This document shows, piece by piece, positions 43,029-56,180 of a stretch of DNA of 64,000 nt (position 1 is its first letter; every line of letters begins with the position of its first letter). Source of the DNA: Octopus sinensis (Eukaryota); assembly GCF_006345805.1 (NCBI RefSeq), contig NW_021835963.1:136001-200000 (forward strand), written 5' to 3'. The notes under the pieces are model-generated. The model ran no database searches. It was not told the DNA's origin and saw nothing but the letters and a program-made list of their open reading frames with translations. The position numbers and the translations under genes were made by a program.

Positions 43029-43086
43029 CGAGGAGCATTTGAGTAGGCTGCAGGGTCCATCGGGTCAAGATTAGACGGGCCACGAG
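43029..43086 (-). CDS. PQBP1: PQBP1 exon 6
   Basis: CCACAG| acceptor. SRGPSNLDPMDPAAYSNAPR matches the conserved LDPMDP-x-x-YS-x-APR. CG|GTCAGT donor. Confidence 0.95.
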
Positions 43087-43822
43087 CTGTGGAAGAAATA
43101 TCAAGATAATATTGTTAAATGTTTTAAGTGAGAGAGGAAAAACAAAACAAAAAAATGAGAACTAATTAATTAGCATCATCATCATCATCATCATCATCAT
43201 TTAACGTCCGTTTTCCATGCTGGCATGGGTTGGACAGTTTGACTGAGGGCCAGCGAGCCAGAAGGCTGCACCAGACTCCAGTCTGATCTGGCAGGGTTTC
43301 TACAGCTGGATACCCTTCCTAACGCCAAACCACTCCGAGAGTGTAGTGGGTGCTGTTTATGTGCCACCGCCACGGGAGCCACCCTAATAATAATAATAAT
43401 CCTTTCTACTATAGGCAGAAGGCCTATAATTTTAAGGGTGGGGACAAGTCGGTTACATCAACCCCAGTGTTTCACTGGTACTTGATTTATCAACACCAAA
43501 AAGATGAAAGGCAAAGTCGACCTCAGCAGAATTTGAACCGAGAACATAAAAGATGACTGAAATGTTGTGAAGCATTTTGCCCAGCGTGCTAACAACTGCC
43601 AGCTTGCCTCAATAATAATAATAATAATGGTGGTGGTGGTGGTGGTGGTGGTGATGATAGAAACAAAAGAAGAGTGCAACTGTTATCAAATGAACAATAT
43701 TTTGACACCTCATGTGTCTTTAATTCCTGGAGGAGTAACATCAATCCTAAATTAATTAATTAATTAATTAATTAATTAATTATTTATTATTATTATTATT
43801 ATTAATAATAATAATAATAATT

Positions 43823-43859
<37 letters not shown>

Positions 43860-43992
43860 TTAGTAGGAGCTGCAATAAGGGTGGAGCACTTGCAGAAAAC
43901 AGCACTGCTTGGAACTGCTCGAACACTCTGGAAGGTGCTCAACAGCTGACACTGTAGTACATCTCCAGCGTTAGAAGCTGTGCAAAGGCAAT
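43860..43992 (+). mobile_element. R4/Dong-clade LINE 3' end inside (AAT)n
   Basis: IRVEHLQKTALLGTARTLWKVL (cf. LQK...LGTA.ILR.VL), flanked by AAT repeats. Confidence 0.7.
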
Positions 43993-44254
43993 AATAATGA
44001 TAACAGTAATAATTACCCTTTCTACTATAGGCACATAAAATGATATTTGGGGGAGTGGGATAGACAATTACATCAACTCCAGTGTATAACTGGTACTTAA
44101 TTTATTTATTGACCCTGAAAGGATGAAAGGCAACCTCAGAATGTAAAGATGGAGGGAATGCCACGAAGCATACTGCTTAATGTGCTAACAATTTTGCCAG
44201 CTCTCCACCTTACAATAACAACAAGAACAACATCAATATGGTTAAATGTCTCAC

Positions 44255-44351
44255 ATCTGGAATTTTTCTTGTTGTTCCTCTCAACTTTCTGTCTTTGTTC
44301 CTCTTCTGAAGAATCTTCGTCCAATTCAGATCCACTCAGATCCTCTTCCTC
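44255..44351 (-). CDS. PQBP1: PQBP1 exon 5 (acidic/basic linker)
   Basis: CTTCAG|GAG. EEEDLSGSELDEDSSEEEQRQKVERNNKKNSR. T|GTGAGA donor, phase 1. Confidence 0.87.
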
Positions 44352-44892
44352 CTGAAGAAGAAAAATATAAATGTTAATCATCATCATCGTTTAACGTCCG
44401 CTTTCCATGCTGGCATGGGTTGGACGGTTTGGCCGGGGTCTGGGAAGCCAGGGCTGCACCAAGCTCCAGTCTGATCTGGCGGTGTTTCTACAGCTGGATG
44501 CCCTTCCTAACACCAGACAAAAACCTCATCACTGAATCAATCTCAAGTAATTTTCAGAAGGGAATATTTATTTCTTCTTTAATAGTATCATTAGAAAGAG
44601 CAGTGCCCACGACATCTTTCAAAGGCTGTCAACAGTGGCTGGTGCAGGGGAAAAGAAAAACAAAGGAGCCAGAAACCACAGCTCATTAGGCAGTTTGATA
44701 CCCCCCCCCCATCTGGCCCCTTGGATGCTTTTAGCAGAGAGGTGCACTCAGTTACAAGCATTTGAACCAGGTTTCTGATTTAAGGATCTCTTCCTCCCAA
44801 AAGTCCCAGTGACACTATAAGGGGTGATGAACACTGCTGCAGATTGCCCATTAAAATGTTGTGTTACCTCAAACCAGAGTGAAGTCCTTAAA

Positions 44893-45862
44893 CCCTTTCG
44901 ATACCAACCCGGCTGAAACCACCTCTGACTTTGTAGTACAAATGTCTTGCTTTCCAAAGTTTTGAATTAAAATCTTTCACCAAACCTTAGTCACAATTTA
45001 TATTCCTAACACTAGCTTAATGATAATTAAGTTATTTTACTAAATTCTTTGTTATATTTAAAATTAATTGAAAGGGACACAGAGCACTCAACAGAAATAC
45101 GGTAACAAAAGGGTTAAGGAAAATAATCAGCAGAAGACATAAGAGAAGGAGACCTCAGTGTGGTCACTCTATATGCTAGAAATAATAGCCTAAATTTCCT
45201 TCAATCCACACCCTTCCAACTGCTTCTAATGTGCATCTGCCCAAATGTAGAGGTGTATTTGACTCTTTTGATACCAACCCGGCTGAAACTGCCTCTGGCT
45301 CTGTAGTACAAATGTCTTGTTTCCATAGGTTTTGTATTAAAATCTTCCACCAATCCTTAGTCACAATTTATATTCCTAACACTAGCTTAATGATAATTAA
45401 GTTATTTTACTAAATTCTTTGTTATATTTAAAATTAATTGAAAGGGACACAGAGCATCTCAACAGAAATACGGTAACAAAAGGGTTAAGAAAAATAATCA
45501 GCAGAAGACATAAGAGAAGGAGACCTCAGTGTGGTCACTCTATATGCTAGAAATAATAGCCTAAATTTCCTTCAATCCACACCCTTCCAACTGCTTCTAA
45601 TGTGCATCTGCCCAAGTATAGAGGTGTGTTTAACCCTTTTGTTACCAACCCGGCTGAAACTACCTCTGGCTCTGTAGTACAAATGTCTGGTTTTCAAAAG
45701 ATCTGAATTAAAATCTTCCACCAAACCTTAGTCACAATTTATGTTCCTAACACTAGCTTAATGACAATAACCAAGTTATTTTACTAAATTCTGCGTTATA
45801 TTTAAAATTGATTGAAAGAAACACAGAGCATCTCAAAATAAGTACTGTACTGAAAGGGTTAA
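44893..45862. mobile_element. Tandem array of three piggyBac-type MITEs with duplicated spacer (period ~371 bp)
   Basis: Copies 44893-45113, 45263-45484 and 45634-45858 have CCCTTT...AAAGGG ends and TTAA flanks (intact on both sides in copy 3). Spacers 45118-45258 and 45489-45629 are near-identical. Confidence 0.85.
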
Positions 45863-45994
45863 GGGTACCCAAGGGTCGGTTAAACAGGGTCACAAATTAG
45901 GTTTATAAACCAAGAGGGCTAGAACAACTGGTGTAGTTTTAAGGAATGAAGGTCAAAGTGCAATGGGTTTAATGAGGAAATTGCTTGTACTTAC

Positions 45995-46062
45995 AACATC
46001 ACTGTCATTACCCATTCCATCTGAATCTATTCCAGACTTGGGAGGAGACGTTTTGTCTGTTT
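45995..46062 (-). CDS. PQBP1: PQBP1 exon 4 (low-complexity linker)
   Basis: Poly-T CAG acceptor and GTT|GTAAGT donor. ETDKTSPPKSGIDSDGMGNDSDV; its phase (1 to 0) is needed to join exons 3 and 5. Confidence 0.85.
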
Positions 46063-46778
46063 CTGAAAAAAAAAAAATAATAGAAGAGAATGTTCGTAAG
46101 GAGACATTGTTTTACAACACTAAAAAGTTTATGTTTTAAAACTCTTTTACTGGTTTCATTCACTGGAAAAGTGGTCATCCTGACCAGTAATTTCGGAGTG
46201 GCTGTGTGGTAAGTAGCTTGCTTACCAACCACATGGTTGCAGGTTCAGTCCCACTGCGTGGCATCTTGGGCAAGTGTCTTCTGCTATAGCCCCGGGCCGA
46301 CCAATGCCTTGTGAGTGGATTTGGTAGACGGAAACTGAAAGAAGCCTGTCGTATATATGTATATATATGTGTATGTGTGTCTGTGTTTGTCCCTCTAGCA
46401 TTGCTTGACAACCGATGCTGGTGTGTTTACGTCCCCGTCACTTAGCAGTTCGGCAAAAGAGACCGATAGAAAAAGTACTGGGCTTACAAAAGAATAAGTC
46501 CCGGGGTCGAGTTGCTCGACTAAAGGCGGTGCTCCAGCATGGCCGCAGTCAAATGATTGAAACAAGTAAAAGAGTAAAAGAGTAAAGTACAAATTTTACT
46601 GCTGCCCTCTGATAGCACGAGTCGGGGGCTAAACAATAAGAGCAACAATAGAAAGTGGCACAATCAGAAAACGAAGGTCGAGTCATGGCTGGAACGCCTT
46701 TTGATCAGAGATCCACTCAATCAGGACTAACCTTAGCAACCAAACAACAACAACAATGGGGTTTGAATATTTACTTAC

Positions 46779-46879
46779 CCAATGCTTTGCTTTCAGCAGC
46801 AATTATTCGAGCCTTTGGATGTAAGGGAGACAACCAGGACACCTGATCAGTTACTACGTTCCAATAGTAATATCGGTTG
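46779..46879 (-). CDS. PQBP1: PQBP1 exon 3 (WW domain C-terminal half)
   Basis: NRYYYWNVVTDQVSWLSPLHPKARIIAAESKAL (human YYWNADTDLVSWLSP). TTTCAG| and G|GTAAGT junctions in phase. Confidence 0.95.
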
Positions 46880-48049
46880 CTGAAAGCGAAAAGACACAAC
46901 ACTGTAATATATATATATATAATAATAATAATATTAGGGAGTATAACTCAAAACTTACAGGGAAAAATTCGATTTAGTATTAAATCAAATTTCACAGTAT
47001 AAATATATAAAATATGAATTAGAGATAAAACCACTATTAGGTAACTCAAACAGTGATAGACATAAACCAATACATAAATAACAAATAATATATATATATC
47101 ACCGTGACCGACCAGGCTATCAGATGTTGTTACACATCGCTGGTCACAATGTGCTTCTCATTGTTTTAGCCTTCAAATGACGCCAACCTGCTGGCTAAGC
47201 GAGCAGGCCAACAGAAGAAGTGAGAGAAAGTGGCGAAAGAGTACAGCAGGGATCGCCACCACCCCCTGCCGGAGCCTCGTGGAGCTTTAGGTGTTTTCGC
47301 TCAATAAACACTCACAACGCCCGGTCTGGGAATCGAAACCGCGAGTCCGCTGCCCTAACCACTAGGCCATTGCGCCTCCATATATATATATATATATATA
47401 ATTTTTTTTTTTAAATATATAACTTAAAAGAAGATCTCAAAAAGTATAAAATGAAATATAAATATATAATATAATAAGTAAAAACACTATGTACACTTCA
47501 TGGCTAGAGTTAACTTCGAATTACAATTAAGTTTAAAGTCAATTGAAATTTTATATATATTATATCAAAAACGCGTATACAGTTAATTAGAGCCGGGTGG
47601 ATTCGTTATTTTTTCTCTTTACCTGCGTGAGTTGTTGAATATTGTTGTCTGGGAGATTTTCTTACAGTAGTGAAATAGTAGTTTAACTGCTATTTCTAAA
47701 TTTCGGTATGTGGTGAAGCAATTTTTGCTGAACCCCAATTATAATTATACTCATAATTATAAAAATTTTTGTACAAGTTTACCGATAATAGTTCTTTTAA
47801 CATACCAAACTACTTGGTAAAAACTACTGATTATTAATTAATTATTTAATTTTACCCTTTATTGTGAGGTATTATTAAGGAGAGAATTTCACACGAATGA
47901 TATCAGAATACCCATCAGTTGAAGGACATCGTTCAGAGAATGTTTGCAACAATTGCTTCGAAAAATATCACACAAGACATGGTGTCACATCATTTTGTGC
48001 CATGAAAATGATGGAGTTCATACAGACCTTCTCGATGTGTGACACCATC

Positions 48050-48255
48050 AATCATCATCATCATCATCATTTAACGTCTGCTTTCCATGCTAGCATGGGT
48101 TGGACGATTTTGACTGAGGGCTGGCGAACCAGATGGCTGCACCAGGCTCCAATCTTGATCTGGCAGAGTTTCTACAGCTGGATGCCCTTCCTAACGCCAA
48201 CCACTCTGAGAGTGTAATGGGTGTTTTTATGTGCCACCGGCACGAGGGTCAGTCA
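48050..48255 (-). mobile_element. (GAT)n-tailed retroposon 3' end (representative copy)
   Basis: catcatcatttaacgtc..ctttccatgctagcatgggttggac...gatgcccttcctaacgccaacc recurs at ~40795, 43170, 44378, 51500-51700 and 52480-52630. Confidence 0.7.
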
Positions 48256-49007
48256 ATGAAAGTGAATAAACTAAATCCAGTTTGTGCTTTGGATTACTGC
48301 ATTATTTGATCTTCTTTTGTCCTCGTTACATTTTAGTAGGGGGTAACAAGACTTTCAGACCACCCTGTAGAACTCAGAATTCAGAATGACAAAAGCTGTG
48401 AAGAATTTTGTTTCAGGTGCTAACAATTATTTCTTTATTGCCCACAAGGGGCTAAACATAGAAAGGGACAAACAAGGACAGACAAAGGGATTAAGTCGAT
48501 TACATTGACGCCAGTGCATAACTGGTACTTAATTTATCGACCCCAAAAGGATGAAAGGCAAAGTCAACCTCGGCGGAATTTGAACTCAGAATGTAGCGGC
48601 AGACAAAATACCTATTTCTTTACTACCCACAAGGGGCTAAACACAGAGAGGACAAACAAGGACAGACAAACGGATTAAGTTGATTATATCGACCCAGTGT
48701 GTAACTGGTACTTATTTAATCGACCCCGAAAGGATGAAAGGCAAAGTCGACCTCAGTGGAATTTGAACTCAGAACGTAACGGCAGACGAAATACCGCTAA
48801 GCATTTCACCCGGCGTGCTATCATTTCTGCCAGCTCACCACCCTCAAGTGCTAACAATTCCACCAACCTGCTGCCTTAGCAACAGTAAAAAATAATAGTG
48901 ACACCCAAGATAGATTACTATTTAATTCATGCTTCTGATCACATCAGACAAAGCAGTAACGCAGTAGAAGTTAATGCGAAAACCAAGCATTCAGCAATGT
49001 TGAGAAG

Positions 49008-49412
49008 AGGCGCAGGAGTGGCTGTGTGATAAGTAGCTTGCTTACCAACCAGATGGTCCCAGGTTCAGTCCCACTGCATGGCACCTTGGGCAAGTGTCTT
49101 CTACTATAGCCTGGGGCCGACCAAATCCTTGTGAGTGGATTTGGTAGACGGAAACTGAAAGAAGCCCATCGTATATATGTATATATATATGTGTGTGTGT
49201 TTCTGTGTCTGTGTTTGTCCCCCCAACATCGCTTGACAACCGATGCTGGTGTGTTTACGTCCCCGTAACTTAGCAGTTCGGCAAAAGAGACCGATAGAAT
49301 AAGTACTAGGCTTACAAAGAATAAGTCCTGAGGTCGATTTGCTCGACTAAAGGCGGTGCTCTAGCATGGCCACAGTCAAATGACTGAAGCAAGTCAAAGA
49401 GTAAAGAGAGTA
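49008..49412 (+). mobile_element. tRNA-derived SINE family A (representative copy)
   Basis: GGCGCAGGAGTGGCTGTGTG head, B-box-like GGTTCAGTCCC, internal TA/TG microsatellite, (GTAAAAGA)n tail. Further copies at ~21195-21550(-), 26010-26350(-), 28947-29385(+), 33527-33925(-), 37978-38318(-), 40300-40638(-), 41905-42287(-), 46196-46586(+), 50968-51423(+), 62904-63280(+). Confidence 0.88.
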
Positions 49413-49439
49413 ACAATGTTGACAGTAAATAATACATAC

Positions 49440-49749
49440 GTGGCTTTATCTGGAATTTCTTGCCATCCTTCTGGAAGTGGATATTTCATCAGCATCCGTA
49501 ATCGGCGCCGTTCTGTTTCAGGGTCAGGTGTGAAAGTAATTTTGCCATACCGTTTAAGACAATATTCTGTGCACTTGTGATAAGGATTAGATTTGTTAGG
49601 GCATGCCACCTCATCCAAAGATTCTACTGTCTCCTCTTTCTTGGTGACCGGTTCCTCTTGTAACACTGCCGGCGCACCAACAGGGTCCATCATACTAAAG
49701 GGCTGTGTCGGTTCATCATAATCTTCAGCAAACACTTCCTCAACATCCT
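49440..49749 (-). CDS. PQBP1: PQBP1 exon 2
   Basis: TTTCAG| acceptor. EEVFAEDYD motif, CPNKSNPYHKCTEYC, and start of the WW domain (YPLPEGWQEIPDKAT). Donor AC|GTATGT. Confidence 0.95.
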
Positions 49750-49809
49750 CTGAAATAAAATTTGAAAATGCTCATGTCAGAAGGTGGTTGACAGGTAGAA
49801 CCATTAGAA

Positions 49810-50605
49810 TATCAGACTAATACCAGACTAAATACCTTGAGGTGTTTATCCCAATTCTTTACATTCTGAGTTCAAATCCCACCCTGGTCAACCTGGCCCT
49901 TCATCAATATATATTTCTTTATTGCTCACAAGGGGCTAAACAAGGACAGACAAACGGATTAAGTCGATTATATCGACCCCAGTGCGTAACTGGTACTTAT
50001 TAATTCGACCCCGAAAGGATGAAAGACAAAGTTGACCTCGGCGGAATTTGAACTCAGAACGTAGCAGCAGATGAAATACCGCTAAGCATTTCGCCTGGTG
50101 TGCTAACGTTTCTGTCAGCTCACCGCCTTACCATATCAGACTAAATACCTTGAGGTGTTTATCCCAATTCTTTACGTTCTGAGTTCAAATCCCACCCTGG
50201 TCAACCTGGCCCTTCATCCCACCAGGCTCAATAAAATAAAAACTGGTGAAGTACTTCATCAATATATATTTCTTTATTGCTCACAAGGGGCTAAACATAA
50301 AGGGGACAAACAAGGACAGACAAATGGATTAAGTCGATTATATCGACCCCAGTGCATAACTGGTACTTATAAATTCGACTTCAGCGGAATTTGAGCTCAG
50401 AACGTAGTGGCAGATGAAATACCGCTAAGCATTTTGCCTGGCGCGCTAACGTTTCTGCCAGCTCGCCACCTTACCATATCAGATTAAATGCCTTGAGGTG
50501 TTTATCCTAATTCTTTACATTCTGAGTTCAAATCCCACCCTGGTCAACCCAGCCCTTCATCCCACCAGCCTCAATAAAATAAAAACAGGTGAAGTACTTC
50601 AACAA
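49810..50605. repeat. Tandem ~340-bp composite repeat (old SINE piece + inverted family-B SINE), ~2.4 copies
   Basis: cagactaaataccttgaggtgtttatcccaattctttac..ctgagttcaaatcccaccctggtcaacc recurs at ~49824, ~50138 and ~50480. Confidence 0.85.
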
Positions 50606-51423
50606 TATAATTGGTGAGTTCCCTCACCTGAAAAATCGCTCACCTTGTATGGAAACTAGAAACAGTTATGACTATTATGAGGGCAAAGAACTGGCAGAGT
50701 TGTTAGCACAAAATGCTTGGTGGCATTTTTACCAGCTTTACACTTTGAGTTCAAATTTAGTCAAGGTCTACATGGCCTTTCATCCTTTTGGGGTCAATAT
50801 AAGAAGAACCAGTTAAGCATTGGGATTGATGAAATTGACCAATTCCCTTCTCCAAATTTAAGGCCTTCAACCTATAGTATAGTGGTTCCCAACCTGAGGT
50901 CCGCAAAGGTAGCACTGGGAGTCCGTGAACTAAATTCAAAATTTCATATATATATATATATATATATAGGCGCAGGAGTGGCTGTGTGGTAAGTAGCTTG
51001 CTTACGAACTACATGGTTCGAGGTTCATTCTCACTGCGTGGCACCTTGGGCAAGTGTCTTCTACTATAGCCTCGGGCCGACCAAAGCCTTGTGAGTGGAT
51101 TTGGTAGATGGAAACTGAAAGAAGCCCATCATATGTATATATATATATCATCATCATCGTTTAGCGTCCGTTTTCCATATATTATATGTGTGTGTGTGTT
51201 TGTGTGTATATGTTTGTGTGTCTGTGTTTGTCCCCCAACACCACTTGACAACCGATGCTGGTCTGTTTACGTCCCCATAACTCAGCAGTTCGGCAAAAGA
51301 GACCGATAGAATAAGTACTTGGCTTACAGAGAATAAGTCCTAGGGTCGATGTGCTCGACTAAAGGCAGTGCTCCAGCATGGTCACAGTCAAATGACTGAA
51401 ACAAGTAAAAGAGTAAAAGAGAG

Positions 51424-51454
<31 letters not shown>

Positions 51455-54087
51455 TGCAAAAAGTACCATCCGAATGTGGCCAATGCCAGTAACTTGACTG
51501 GCCCCTATGCTGGTGGCACGTAAAAAGCACCCACTACATTCTCAGAGTGGTTGGCGTTAAGGGCATCCAGCTGTAGACATATTGCCAGATCAGGTAGGAG
51601 CCTGGTGCAGCCACTGGCTCTCCTGACCTCAGTCAAACTTTCCAACCCATACCAACATGGAAAATGGACGTTAAACACTGATGGTGTTGATGATGATACA
51701 TAAGGATAAGCATATTAAAAGGGGTCAGTAGGAATACTCATTTAAATAAAAGGGTTGGGAAGCACTGTGAAAAGGTTAGGAACTACTGATATAGTAGAAG
51801 GAATTATTAATTTGGCAAAAAAGGCAGTGAGCTGGTGGAACCATTAGCATGCCAGGCAAAATGCTTAGTAGTATTTTGTCTGCCACTCTGTCCTGGATTC
51901 AAATTCCACTGAGGTCAACTTTGCTTTTTATCCTCTCAGGGGTCAATAAATCAAGTACCAGTTGAGTACTGGGGTCGATGTAATCAACTTACCCCCTTCC
52001 CCCAAAATTTCAGCCCTTGTGCCTAGAGCAGGAAGGATTATTAATTTAGCAAAAGGTGACACAAGCACAGAGTGAGCAGTGAACTTTGCCAAGAGCACAT
52101 TGGCACGGTCATTAGTGCAGCAGACAAAAATGCCTTGCGGCATACGCTCTAGCACTTCACATTCTGAGTTCAAATCCCACCTGAGGCAACTTTGCCTTTC
52201 ATCCTTCTGGAGTTGATAAAAGAAAATACAGGTGAATGACTGGCCAATTTAATCAACTGACTCCACCCTTGAGGCCTTGTGTCAAAGTACATCGTCACCA
52301 GAAAATAACAAAGGACTGGGAATATGCAGCTTCTCAACAACAAGAAACCTGGTCTGTTCTGGCCCTTTTTCTCATAGTTGAACCTCTTATTTCCTGGCAT
52401 AAAGCTTCCCTCTCTATTGTACCCAACTCCCTTGAATGAGATCTTCATCTTGCAGGGTGTATGGCAACCTCACAGTACATACTGTAAGATGGTTGGCTTT
52501 AGGAAGGACATCCAGTCATAGAATCCATGCCAAAGCATGGACTACAATGGCGTCTTGGAACAAGTCAGATCCTGTCAAACTGTCCAACCCATGCAAGCAT
52601 GGAAACGGATGTTTAAAGATGATGATGATGGTGATATTATTATTATTATTATTATATTTACATAGAAGGTGGCGAGTTGGCAGAATTGTTAGCATGCCAG
52701 GCAAAATGCTTGGCAGTATTCCGTCTACCGCTACATTCTGAGTTCAAATTCCACCGAGGTCGACTTTGCCTTTCATCCTTTCAGGGGTCGATAAATTAAG
52801 TACCAGTTACACACTGGGGTCGATGTAATTGACTTAATACCTTTGTCTGTCCTTGTTTGTCCCGTCTATGTTTAGCCCCTTGTGGGTAATAAAGAAATAG
52901 GCATTTTGTCTGTGGCTATGTTCTGAGTTCAAATTCCGCTGAGGTCAACTTTGCCTTTCGTCCTTTCAGGGTCGATAAATTAGACACCAATCAAGTACTG
53001 GAGGTTGATGTAATTGACTATTCCCCTCCCCCCAAAAAATTCCTGCCTTGTGGTAAAATTTGAAGTCATTATTTTATTTACATAGGCTACAAGTGGTGAA
53101 TGATGTCATAATTTCAAAGAATTGGTTAACGTGCTGACTCTTTGGCAATATTTCTTTTCAAATACCAACCTCGACGTCCAATACAAAATAAAATGTGACT
53201 ATCTTAGATGTTATTATAAGCATTGTTTACAAACACAAGCGCCTTAGCAGCTGACACATAAAATATATAATTATGAAAACAGTAACTGAATAAGTTTAAT
53301 TAACTGTTTTATGTCTATAAAATATATATGTTAAAACAGTTTAATTAAACTTAGAACTCATCACTTGTAAACAATACAGATAATTGTATCTGTTGTGTGT
53401 CAGCTAAGAAGCCTCCATTCTCTGTCATTTCTGTTTTTAGTGAGGAGTGAAGCGAGTGAAGATCGGTTTTTGAAAACGTACGATTCCGGCAAGTCTAACT
53501 GAGGAATGTATAAAAACACCAGGGTTTTATTTGAGATACCGAAACGAAAAAGAAATATAGTTTAATACAGGATGAAAAAATACTTAAGTTTTAAAAGCAC
53601 TCGTGTTACGAGCAGAGAAAAGATTTTAGATGACATATTAAAAAAAACAACATTGAAATGTTATGATGTAAAAGATCCAAAGTCAACAATGCTTTTCATT
53701 TAGGTTATTTTTAAATATTTAATTTGAAACAACACTAAAAATAATTATAATTACATGCCATAAGAGGTAATTAATGATCAGCAGAAATTACGTGACTTTA
53801 CTATGTTCGCAAACACTGCAATACAATCAATTTATAGAGTAAACAGTCTTTCGTTTCGTTATTTCAAATAAACCGTAATGTTTTTATAGATTCCCCATTC
53901 TCTTCGAGATTAACGACGTTATTCTTCACATATACACAACATATAGTCAGCGTCTTTTAAAGCCGATTGGATGAGTTTTGAAAGAGAATTTAGCAACTAT
54001 TTCTAGCGGATCGAGGTGAATTAGCAGAACTGCAAAAGCTGCGGGCAAAATATATTGGGTATTTAGTTGCAACCCTTTACATAACAA

Positions 54088-54639
54088 CAGTTTGATGCCC
54101 CAACCCTACCGTTTTTGTTTCCTCATAATTTTCTGAAAAATGCAAATTTTTTAATGAAATTTCTCATGGGTACATTTCCCACTGTGTAGATTCCACATAT
54201 GCTGAAAACATTTATTTAAAAAATCTTTTTTTAGAGAAGTTCCAGATTATTCTTCTCCAGGCTGTTTACACAAAGCTCTCTTTGGATCTTTTCGATTTGA
54301 CCGGCAGATTTTTTAAATAATGACCGAAAAGATCCCTCTCTTTAAAATGCATGTTTTTAAACAGTATTTGCAGAAATACGTTTTCGAGTTTCTAAATTAC
54401 GAAATGTTGATATTTCAAGCATATAAATCTGTAAATGAAAAAAAGAAACGAAAATGTTTAAGCTATAAAAATTGATGTCAACACAGCAGGATGAAGAGGG
54501 AAGTCTAATCCAAAACTACCCCCGAAAGTTTTTTCTTTCTAAACCTTATAAATATAATCATAATCTTTGGAAAATATCATTTAAAAATATTTATTTTCCA
54601 TAAGTTACAAGGAAACCAGATTCGTGGGGCACCAAACTG
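54088..54639. mobile_element. MITE-like element with 15-bp TIRs
   Basis: CAGTTTGATGCCCCA ... TGGGGCACCAAACTG|TA; non-coding AT-rich interior; in PQBP1 intron 1. Confidence 0.65.
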
Positions 54640-54890
54640 TAGTTATGCTGCGTAAATACTACTTTATGAACCAAAGACAAGGTCGATCATTAGTAAGACT
54701 AATTAATCTGAGTTAATTATTGTTTTATAATACATTTTATAACCAATAAAACACCAAAGTTTAGAAATGTTTACAGACATCCAGAGAATGTCCTGTACGT
54801 GTTTCTATGTGAGCCATTCCGTTTTAAAACCAAAGATCTTTGGTTTATTTGCAGATTTGAGACAGCTTTACCAATAAATGATATACTCAC

Positions 54891-54966
54891 CTGGCTTTTT
54901 CGCTTCTTGGGCTTTTATTATTCCCCGTTTGGACAATTTAGCGAGCAAAGCCGCTGGCAAAGGCAT
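54891..54966 (-). CDS. PQBP1: Polyglutamine-binding protein 1, exon 1
   Basis: MPLPAALLAKLSKRGIIKAQEAKKP matches the conserved PQBP1 N-terminus (human MPLPVALQTRLAKRGIL). Donor G|GTGAGT. Confidence 0.95.
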
Positions 54967-55807
54967 CTTTGAAACAAACACAACAGAAAACACGAAGCGA
55001 GGGAATTAAAGATATTTACAACAATCACTTGAGAGCGGTATTATGGTTGTTATCTCCCTTGTAAGACCTCTCCATCGTCACATTATTTACATTATTTATA
55101 TTTGACGGATATTTGTCCTCATCTTGTTTGTTGTTGACACAATGTTTGGTGGGAAAGGACTAATCGATTACATCGACCCCAGTGCTCAACTGGTATCTAT
55201 TTTATCGATCCCAAGAGGATGAAAGGCAACATCGACCTCGGCGGAATTTGAATCTTGGACATAAATGGCCGAAATTTCTTCTATTAAGTTAAATAAAGAA
55301 TTCGTTTTTTTTTTTCGCAGATTTTTCTTTTCTTTTACAGATTCTGAATCTCTAATGTTGAAAACATAAAAAAATTGGAAGTTTCTAGGGTAAAAAAAAA
55401 CAACAACAATCCCAAACGAAATTTTTGAGGTGCTGACTTTATTGCCATTTCTTGCAAGACGAGGAAACCACACAGAGCTTTTCCCACGAAGATTTTAAAG
55501 TGTGATTTGGAGATTTAGCAGCTGTTTTTAAAAAGTTTCAGCTACGATGAAGAGTTCTATATTTAAGAGATGAGGAATTATGTATATTATTTACATTATT
55601 TACATTCGACGGATATTTATCCTCACCTTGTTTCTTGTTAGCAAAATGTTTCGGTTGATATACTCTCCAACAAGATGTGGACAAATATCCGTCGAATGTA
55701 AATAATGTACTTAATTCCTCATTTTGCTACAGGGTCATAAAAGATAAGAAACAGACCAGGAAATACTGGAATAAAGGAAGGATGGCAGTAGAGAACAATA
55801 TCAAATA

Positions 55808-56180
55808 ACTAGCAGTATCGCCCGGTGTTGCTCGGGTTTGTTTCGACCCCCCCCCCTTTAGAATTAGAATTTTTGAAAAGTAAAAATTTTGCATTATGTA
55901 GCTTGTTATTCTCTTTAAGTGAACATTTTTCTGGTTGAAATACACCGAAAAATGGCGACACAGCAGTCAAAAAATCGTAAAAAATAGGGATTTTCATAGA
56001 AAAAAAGCACCTTTTTGATGTAAATAATTTTTGGTGTTAACATGGTCCGATTTGAATTTTTTATTCTATGGAAATAAGAGCAAGCCTTCTTCTAACATAC
56101 TCTCAATTTTGGTCAACTTGCGCCGCGGGGTCTCGGAGGAGATAGTGTTAGTTGAAGGCAACCAAACTTGCCATACACAA
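55808..56180 (-). mobile_element. Non-autonomous Helitron (5'-truncated copy of the 2025-2417 family)
   Basis: A|CTAGCAGTATCGCCCGGTGTTGCTCGGG end; body is the reverse complement of ~2052-2417. Confidence 0.85.

Noticed and set aside
44888-45862. CRISPR-like repeat-spacer array
   Set aside because: Repeats are ~220-bp MITEs, the spacers are copies of each other, there are no cas genes and the context is eukaryotic.
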